A DNA stretch of 64,000 bases from an uncultured Candidatus Saccharibacteria bacterium. GTDB lineage: Bacteria > Patescibacteriota > Minisyncoccia > Phycocordibacterales > UBA12445. Of the stretch, positions 57,498 through 64,000 are shown piece after piece. The stretch is taken from assembly GCA_964649715.1 (NCBI GenBank), contig CAZYTH010000001.1:9245-73244 (forward strand), read 5' to 3'. Position 1 is the stretch's first letter. Each line of letters opens with the position of its first letter. The notes under the pieces were generated by a model. The model ran no database searches and was not told the DNA's origin. It worked only from the letters and a program-made list of their open reading frames with translations. The translations under genes and the position numbers were made by a program.

Positions 57498-58085
57498 ATG
57501 TCATATCATATTTATCAGACAGAAGGTTTTATATTAAGTTCTATATCTGTAAACGAGGCTAGCCGTTATCTTTCTATTTACACAAAAGACCTCGGTCTTA
57601 TAAGGGCACTCGCACAGGGTTCAAGGAATTTAAGATCAAAATTAAAACACTCTTTACAAGATTTATCTTTTTCAAAAGTTTCTTTCGTCCGTGGGCGAGA
57701 AATATGGAGGATCGTTAATTCCGAATGTATATATTTTCCTAATATGAATTTGGAAAGAAGTAAAAAAGATTTACTTGCAAAAACCTCCTTACTTTTGAGG
57801 AGACTTATAAACGGAGAGGAGGCTGATCCTCGTAACTTTGAAGACATAATGAAGGGTTTTTATTTTATGATAAACGAGGATTTGACTTCGGAGGAGTTGT
57901 CTTTGTTTGAACCAATTTTTATTTTAAAAATATTAAGAAATCTTGGTTATGGTCCTTTTGAAAAAGAATTGCAAAATGTTGTTGATTTTGAAGAATGGGA
58001 GAGGAGTAGGTTGTTTCAGGATAAAAACGTTTTGGCGATGATGTTTTCACATATTGATAAGGCTTTAAAGCATAGTCATCTATAA
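57498..58085 (+). CDS. recO: DNA repair protein RecO (short form).
   Basis: MSYHIYQTEGFILSSISVNEASRYLSIYTKDLGLIRALAQGSRNLRSKL matches the RecO N-terminal OB-fold consensus. Confidence 0.65.
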   Translation: MSYHIYQTEGFILSSISVNEASRYLSIYTKDLGLIRALAQGSRNLRSKLKHSLQDLSFSKVSFVRGREIWRIVNSECIYFPNMNLERSKKDLLAKTSLLLRRLINGEEADPRNFEDIMKGFYFMINEDLTSEELSLFEPIFILKILRNLGYGPFEKELQNVVDFEEWERSRLFQDKNVLAMMFSHIDKALKHSHL

Positions 58086-58164
58086 AATTATTATCATAAC
58101 TTTTTCCTTAAATATTAAGTGATATAATTTAGCGTAATTTTTCTTTTGTTGTATAATCTAAGAT

Positions 58165-60090
58165 ATGGAAAATTATGAAGAAGAGGGAGTCATAAAAAAA
58201 GCGGAAAAAAAACTATACTCGATAGAACCGGGCAATTTAGAGCGCAAAAGAAGCCCTTTATCTAATTTCAGACAAGAAGAAAAGGGTTCCTGGGCAGGAG
58301 AAATTAACGTTGAAAATGAAATGAAATATCCAAATAAAAAAAGTTTTTCTTTTTTAACTATTATGCTAATTTTTTCCTTTTTATTTTTTGTTGGGGCAGT
58401 TGGTTTTGCTTATTATCTTTTTTCGGGAGGGGTAAACACTATTTCTCCCGACAACGTCAGTGTCTCGATTGTCGGTCCTGTATCAGTTAAAGGAGGAGAA
58501 GAGTTCAATTTACAAATAACGATAACCAATAATAATAATATTTCTTTAGAATACGTTGACCTCATCGCTACCTTTCCAGGTGGCTCTAAGATATCTTCTG
58601 TTGGATCCACGGGTAGTCAATTCAGAAAAAATTTGGGCACCATAAACCCAAATCAGGTTATAAATGAGACGATAAAAGGAACTCTCTTTGGGGAAGAGAA
58701 GGCAGAAAGAGATATCTATGTAACGTTGGAATATAGAAACAAGGGTTCAAACGCGATTATCGAAAAGGAAGAATTATTTAAAACAACAATAAGCTCTTCT
58801 CCTTTATCGCTTTTTTTTGATATACCTAAAGATGCCAATTCAAATCAAGAGATAGTTCTCAATGCTAAGTTGACATCAAATTCGAAAGAAACGCTGAAAG
58901 ATGTTCTTCTGAATTTATCTTATCCTTCTGGTTTTATCTTTAAAAGTGCCAATCCTACTCCCACATCAGGTGATGGAGTTTGGGAATTTGGGGATATGAA
59001 GCAGGGGACAGAAAAGAAAGTAAAAATAACCGGCGTTATTCAGGGACAGAACAATGAAGACAAGACATTCAGAGCTTCTGCGGGAACAAGAACCAATAAA
59101 GATTCAAATAGGGTGGAAGTTCCTTTTGCATCATCGCTGAAAACTATCGCCATCAAAAATCCATTTATAGGTGTAAATTTAGTATTAAACGGTAGTTCGG
59201 CCGATACTTATGTTTCAACCGACGGTCAATCCATAAGAGGTGATATTGAGTGGACAAACAACCTTCCCGTTAAATTATTGCATAGTGAAATAACCGTTTC
59301 GGTAAACGGAGAGATCTTTAACAAGTCTTCTGTCCTCGCGAATAATGGATTCTTCCGTTCAGGAGATAATACTTTGTTATGGAATCAGAGTACCGGTGGT
59401 ATCCCTGACTCCATAGAGCCTGGACAGGATGGCAGGGTTTCTTTTTCTTTTTCCCCTTTTTCTCTTTTGTCAGGCAAGCAGACCATCTTCAAAAATCCTG
59501 AGTTAGACATTGCTATTCGATTTAGGGGTGTTAGGTTTTCTGAGGAGAGGGAAGAGGGTTCCTTTATAGAAACGACAATGAAAAGAAAAATAAAAATGAC
59601 GTCAAACCTTCAAGTTGCTCCTAGAGCTCTCTATTTTGCTGGTCCTTTCAAAAATACAGGGCCACTTCCGCCTGTTCACGACAATGAAACGACATATACT
59701 ATAATTTGGTCTTTGGTAAATTCGTCTAATGATGTTTCCGGGGTGAAAGTGAAGACAACCATCCCTCCTTATGGAAAATGGCTTGGCGTTATTTCCCCAA
59801 CAAATGAAAAAGTAACATACAATCCGTTGGGAGGAGAAATAATTTGGGATGTCGGATCTGTTAAGGCTGGCAGTGGGGTAAATATTCCGGCAAAAGAAGT
59901 TGCTTTTCAGGTTTCTATAACTCCAAGTCTTTCACAGGTGGGCACTTATCCTATATTAATAAATGATTCTATCGTATCTGGTGTAGATGATTTTACGGGT
60001 GCTACGATCAATTATTCTAGAAGAAGTATTAGCTCCAAGATAACGGCAGATCCTGCTGTTCGGGATGAGCTAGCTACGGGCGTAAAATAA
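58165..60090 (+). CDS. Membrane-anchored extracytoplasmic protein (641 aa); hypothetical.
   Basis: TM helix at ~residues 60-85; beta-rich remainder. Confidence 0.5.
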   Translation: MENYEEEGVIKKAEKKLYSIEPGNLERKRSPLSNFRQEEKGSWAGEINVENEMKYPNKKSFSFLTIMLIFSFLFFVGAVGFAYYLFSGGVNTISPDNVSVSIVGPVSVKGGEEFNLQITITNNNNISLEYVDLIATFPGGSKISSVGSTGSQFRKNLGTINPNQVINETIKGTLFGEEKAERDIYVTLEYRNKGSNAIIEKEELFKTTISSSPLSLFFDIPKDANSNQEIVLNAKLTSNSKETLKDVLLNLSYPSGFIFKSANPTPTSGDGVWEFGDMKQGTEKKVKITGVIQGQNNEDKTFRASAGTRTNKDSNRVEVPFASSLKTIAIKNPFIGVNLVLNGSSADTYVSTDGQSIRGDIEWTNNLPVKLLHSEITVSVNGEIFNKSSVLANNGFFRSGDNTLLWNQSTGGIPDSIEPGQDGRVSFSFSPFSLLSGKQTIFKNPELDIAIRFRGVRFSEEREEGSFIETTMKRKIKMTSNLQVAPRALYFAGPFKNTGPLPPVHDNETTYTIIWSLVNSSNDVSGVKVKTTIPPYGKWLGVISPTNEKVTYNPLGGEIIWDVGSVKAGSGVNIPAKEVAFQVSITPSLSQVGTYPILINDSIVSGVDDFTGATINYSRRSISSKITADPAVRDELATGVK

Positions 60091-60233
60091 TTTTTTTGGG
60101 GTTGTCTTTTGGTCTAGTTCATATAATATGTTGTTTGTGTTTATGTTTTTTAATTTTTCGAGATGCAACAACAGATAAAATTGCAATAAAATCATAAGTA
60201 ATAAAGGATATTTTAAAATTTAGGATAATAAAA

Positions 60234-61544
60234 ATGAAAAAAGAAGAGACTCTAATGGACAAAATAAGTTCTCTCGCAAAGAGAAGAGGTTTTTTGTATC
60301 AAGGTTCTGAAATATATGGAGGACTTGCGGGGACTTGGGATTATGGCCCTCTTGGTGTTACGCTTAAAAACAATTTAAAGAATTATTGGTGGAAAAAATT
60401 TGTAAGTGAACGTGATGATATGTATGGAATTGATTCTGCAATTTTAATGAATCAGAGAGTGTGGGAGGCATCTGGTCATGTGGCCACTTTCACTGATCCT
60501 CTTGTGGAATGTGTCGGATGTAAGAGAAGGTTTCGTGCCGACCAACTAGAGTCGGATAAGTGTCCTGAATGCGGAGGGAAAATGGGCGAGGCAAGACAAT
60601 TTAATATGATGTTTAAAACGAATATTGGCTCTCTAGAAGATTCTTCCTCTGTTTCTTATCTTAGGCCTGAAACTGCTCAGGGTATATTCGTTAATTTTAA
60701 AAATGTTATAGATTCATTTCACCCTGACTTACCTTTTGGCTTGGCTCAGATAGGTAAGGCTTTTAGGAATGAGATCACACCAAGGGATTTTATTTTCAGA
60801 TCAAGAGAATTCGAGCAGATGGAGATTGAATATTTTATAAGGGAGAATGAATGGGAGAAAAATTTTGAGGCGTGGAGAGAAAGAGTACTTGAATTTATTT
60901 CCGAGGTGGGTATTGACGTTAGTAAAGTTTCTGAACTGGAAGTTGAAAAAGACAGTCTCGCACATTATTCAAAAAGAACGATAGATTTTGAATTTGAATT
61001 TCCATTTGGGAAAAAGGAGCTTTATGGTCTCGCGTATAGGACAGACTATGACCTTAGAAGTCATTCGGGATATAGTGGTACAGAATTAACATATTTTGAC
61101 GAAATATCTGGAGATAAGTTTATTCCTCACGTTATTGAGCCTTCTTTTGGTTTAGACAGGACAGTTTTGGCAGTTTTGGTAAGTGCATACAAAGAAGACG
61201 TGATGGGTGAAGGGAAAAGAGTCTATTTAAAACTAGATCCCAAAATAGCACCGATAAAAGTTGCGGTGTTCCCTCTTCTTAAAAATAAGCCAGAATTAGT
61301 AGAAAAAGCAAAAGAAATATATAAAAACATCCGTGCAGAGATACCAGAAGCAATTTTTGATGATAACGGCAACGTTGGTAAAAGATACAGGAGACAAGAT
61401 GAGATAGGAACACCTTACTGCATAACCGTTGATTTTGAAACTCTCGAAAATGGTTCAGTTACATTAAGAGACAGAGACTCGGGAAAGCAGAAGAGGGTGG
61501 CTTGTTCGGAGCTTTTATCGGAAATCTCTTCAAGGTTAAGGTGA
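60234..61544 (+). CDS. glyQS: Glycyl-tRNA synthetase (class II, alpha2-type).
   Basis: RRGFLYQGSEIYGGLAGTWDYGPLG, the motif 2 region FRNEITPRDFIFRSREFEQMEIEYF, and a C-terminal anticodon-binding domain. Confidence 0.9.
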   Translation: MKKEETLMDKISSLAKRRGFLYQGSEIYGGLAGTWDYGPLGVTLKNNLKNYWWKKFVSERDDMYGIDSAILMNQRVWEASGHVATFTDPLVECVGCKRRFRADQLESDKCPECGGKMGEARQFNMMFKTNIGSLEDSSSVSYLRPETAQGIFVNFKNVIDSFHPDLPFGLAQIGKAFRNEITPRDFIFRSREFEQMEIEYFIRENEWEKNFEAWRERVLEFISEVGIDVSKVSELEVEKDSLAHYSKRTIDFEFEFPFGKKELYGLAYRTDYDLRSHSGYSGTELTYFDEISGDKFIPHVIEPSFGLDRTVLAVLVSAYKEDVMGEGKRVYLKLDPKIAPIKVAVFPLLKNKPELVEKAKEIYKNIRAEIPEAIFDDNGNVGKRYRRQDEIGTPYCITVDFETLENGSVTLRDRDSGKQKRVACSELLSEISSRLR

Positions 61545-61592
61545 TATTGACCGTTTCCATTAATTCTATTAGCCTTATATATAATAAGTTCT

Positions 61593-62348
61593 TTGAGAAT
61601 GAACGCTATGAATAATAGGGGGTTATATGAATTATTTTGTAACTTGGGTGGAATCCCTGGCGTAGCTGAACCTTTTATTTTGACCGACTTTCAAATTTTC
61701 TTTAACTCAAAAACACTTCAAACAAAATTTGAGACATACAAAGATAAGTCCGATATTTTAGGTCCAAATCCCATAATTGAGCATTACAAGTTGAAAAAAG
61801 ATGATGCCAAAATCTTCACGGTTGGTGATATTTGGGATAACAGGAAGATTCACCCCAAGGTTGCAGAAATGATCAAAGAATTTGCTCGTTATTTTAGTTA
61901 CACTTTTTCTTACGGACTTATTCCAATTGAGCAGTTAATGCACATTATTGAAGACGTGCCAGAGAATAAAGCACAATGGTACGGTTGGCGTAAAAAATGT
62001 TGGGATCAAATGCTTCAACAAAAACCAACTTTACGACAATTTGTTTTCTTCTTTGAGTGCAATTTCGTTACTACGAAAAATAGAAAGTTGACCGATGAGT
62101 GGAAAGACAGATTTGCAGAAAAAATACTTTCTTACACAGAAGATGAAGTTAAGGTTTATTCCAATTTCTTTTTTACATCCAAATGGAGAGACCCTAATGC
62201 AAAGACTCCATCTGTTGATTTCTGGGGTCTTTGTCTAATTGAAAGGGTATATGGCCACCTTCATGCTTATCGTACAAAGTCCGCCTCTATTCGTAAAAGT
62301 TATTCTAATGCAATCACACTTGCGAAAAAAAAGTTGACAGGTAAGTAG
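61593..62348 (+). CDS. Hypothetical protein (251 aa).
   Basis: ORF only. Confidence 0.45.
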   Translation: MRMNAMNNRGLYELFCNLGGIPGVAEPFILTDFQIFFNSKTLQTKFETYKDKSDILGPNPIIEHYKLKKDDAKIFTVGDIWDNRKIHPKVAEMIKEFARYFSYTFSYGLIPIEQLMHIIEDVPENKAQWYGWRKKCWDQMLQQKPTLRQFVFFFECNFVTTKNRKLTDEWKDRFAEKILSYTEDEVKVYSNFFFTSKWRDPNAKTPSVDFWGLCLIERVYGHLHAYRTKSASIRKSYSNAITLAKKKLTGK

Positions 62349-62351
62349 CCA

Positions 62352-62382
62352 ACCACGGATTTATTCCGTGGTTTTTTATTTT
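62352..62382 (+). terminator. Rho-independent terminator.
   Basis: ACCACGGA-tttatt-CCGTGGT followed by TTTTTATTTT. Confidence 0.5.
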
Positions 62383-62411
62383 ATGCTATTCTAAATTGAA
62401 TATTAAAAAAT

Positions 62412-63680
62412 ATGAAATACAATAAAAAAGTTTTAGATAATGGTCTTCGGGTCATAACAATACCGGAAGAAAATAGTCTTGCTGTTACTGTTTTGGTTTT
62501 AGTTGAGGCTGGTTCTAAATATGAGTCTAAGGATATGAGTGGCGTATCTCATTTTCTTGAGCATATGTGTTTTAAGGGTACAAAGAATCGTCCAAAAGCC
62601 ATACTTATAAGTGGAGAGCTAGATTCTATTGGTGCACAATATAATGCTTTTACCGGACATGAATTAACTGGCTACTATGCGAAAGTTGCTCCAAACCATT
62701 TTGAAAAGGCCATTGATATTGTGTCTGATCTCTATTTGAATCCTCTTTTTGACGAGAACGAGATAGAAAAGGAAAAGGGGGTTATATGTGAAGAAATAAA
62801 TATGTACGAGGATCTTCCTCAGCACAAAGTTCAGGATCTTATTATGCAAGCTCTTTATGGTGAGCAGCCGGCAGGGCGTAGTATTGCTGGCGAGAAAGAA
62901 AATGTTAAGAAGTTAACAAAAGATGATATTTATGGATACAGAGAGGAGCATTATGTTCCTTCTGCAACAACAGTCGTTGTCGCTGGAAATTTTAAAGAGG
63001 AAGATGCTCTGAAAAGTATTAAAGATAAATTTTCAAGTATGAAGATGGGTAAGAAGTCAGGAAAAGTCCCTGTTTCTGATGAACAGAAAATACCCGGAAT
63101 GGTTTTGAAGGACAAATCTTCCGATCAAACACATTTAGTTCTTGCTTTCAGGTCATTTGATGCAAAAGACGAGAGAAATTATGCGATAGATGTCCTTTCT
63201 CAGGTAATGGGAGGAAGCATGAGTTCTAGACTCTTCCAGAGAATCAGAGAAGATATGGGTGCCGCATATTATATAAGATCAGGAAATAACTATTTCACAG
63301 ACCATGGATTTTTTGAGGCTTCTGCGGGAGCAGACAATACGAGAGCAGAAGACGTTATTCGGGCGATATTGGAGGAGGCGGTAAAACTTAAAAAAGAATA
63401 TATATCAGAAGAAGAACTTTCGAGGGGCAAGGAGAGTATTATTGGTAATCTTTTTTTGGGGTTGGAAACTTCCGATTCACTCGCCAATTTTTATGGCTCT
63501 CATGAATTGATACGAGGAGAAATAATAACTCCCGAGGAATATGCTGAAAAGATAAGGAAAGTAACAAAAGAAGATATAAGAAATGTAGCAAATGATATTT
63601 TTAGGGAAGATGGGTTAAACTTAGCTCTTATTGGGCCAATGGGGGATCGTGAAAACTTTGTCAAAATCTTAAAATTATAG
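62412..63680 (+). CDS. M16-family zinc peptidase (insulinase-like).
   Basis: HxxEH motif SHFLEHMCFKGT; ~420 aa with two M16 half-domains. Confidence 0.85.
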   Translation: MKYNKKVLDNGLRVITIPEENSLAVTVLVLVEAGSKYESKDMSGVSHFLEHMCFKGTKNRPKAILISGELDSIGAQYNAFTGHELTGYYAKVAPNHFEKAIDIVSDLYLNPLFDENEIEKEKGVICEEINMYEDLPQHKVQDLIMQALYGEQPAGRSIAGEKENVKKLTKDDIYGYREEHYVPSATTVVVAGNFKEEDALKSIKDKFSSMKMGKKSGKVPVSDEQKIPGMVLKDKSSDQTHLVLAFRSFDAKDERNYAIDVLSQVMGGSMSSRLFQRIREDMGAAYYIRSGNNYFTDHGFFEASAGADNTRAEDVIRAILEEAVKLKKEYISEEELSRGKESIIGNLFLGLETSDSLANFYGSHELIRGEIITPEEYAEKIRKVTKEDIRNVANDIFREDGLNLALIGPMGDRENFVKILKL

Positions 63681-63692
63681 TATAATTATAAG

Positions 63693-64000
63693 ATGGATTC
63701 TGATAAAACCATAAATATAAACATAACAGGGGCAACTATTTTTAAGTTTTTCCTGATTTCTCTGCTTTTGTTTTCGGTTTATTATTTAAGCGAAATTGTG
63801 CTTGCCCTTTTGACATCAATTGTGATTGCATCAGCACTTGAGCCTTTTATTTTTTGGTTTACCGAAAAAAAGGTCCCAAGAGTGCTGGCCGTTATTGCGA
63901 TGTACGTTTTTCTTTTTGCAACGGTATTTCTTTTGTTTTCTATATTTTTACCATTGATATTTGATGATTTTTTGAAACTTCTTAACTCTTTTCCCTCTCT
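63693..64000 (+). CDS. AI-2E family transporter (PerM/YhhT-like), 3' partial.
   Basis: TM-rich N-terminus with the conserved ASALEPFIFWFTEKKVPRVLAVIAMY block. It runs off the window end. Confidence 0.65.
   Translation, partial: MDSDKTININITGATIFKFFLISLLLFSVYYLSEIVLALLTSIVIASALEPFIFWFTEKKVPRVLAVIAMYVFLFATVFLLFSIFLPLIFDDFLKLLNSFPS

Noticed and set aside
1-64000. rRNA genes, a CRISPR array or cas genes.
   Set aside because: None seen.

Overview
This is a low-GC (~33%) bacterial window that looks like a CPR/Patescibacteria genome: phosphoketolase plus acetate kinase, many giant secreted Ser/Thr-rich proteins with peptidoglycan-binding or Ig/IPT-like domains, a type-2 IleRS, and no L1 gene after L11. 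Housekeeping genes I recognise: smpB with an adjacent tmRNA (ssrA), ftsH, secE-nusG-rplK, trxB with a glutaredoxin-like gene, a deoxynucleoside kinase, ileS, recO, glycyl-tRNA synthetase, an M16 peptidase and the start of an AI-2E transporter. Two accessory islands stand out, each with one of two paralogous large serine recombinases at one end. Island 1 (~2.3-7.6 kb) carries a winged-helix regulator and a primase-polymerase/helicase; its integrase runs into the 3' tRNA-like end of the tmRNA. Island 2 (~14.9-19.96 kb), the most interesting system here, lies between a tRNA-Ile with an unusual UAU anticodon and the second recombinase. It encodes a complete-looking thiazole/oxazole RiPP (TOMM, streptolysin-S-like) cassette: an E1-like partner (assigned tentatively, on CxxC/CYECF-type motifs only), a precursor with eight contiguous cysteines, a YcaO cyclodehydratase and a SagB-type dehydrogenase. 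A second oddity is a ~190-aa histidine-phosphatase (PGAM-like, RHG motif) domain inserted inside IleRS. Also present: a sensor / CheY-like receiver cluster containing a histidine-kinase remnant, a CHASE2 adenylate cyclase, a candidate terminated ncRNA upstream of ftsH, and several inverted-repeat motifs at the island borders. No CRISPR array or rRNA was seen.
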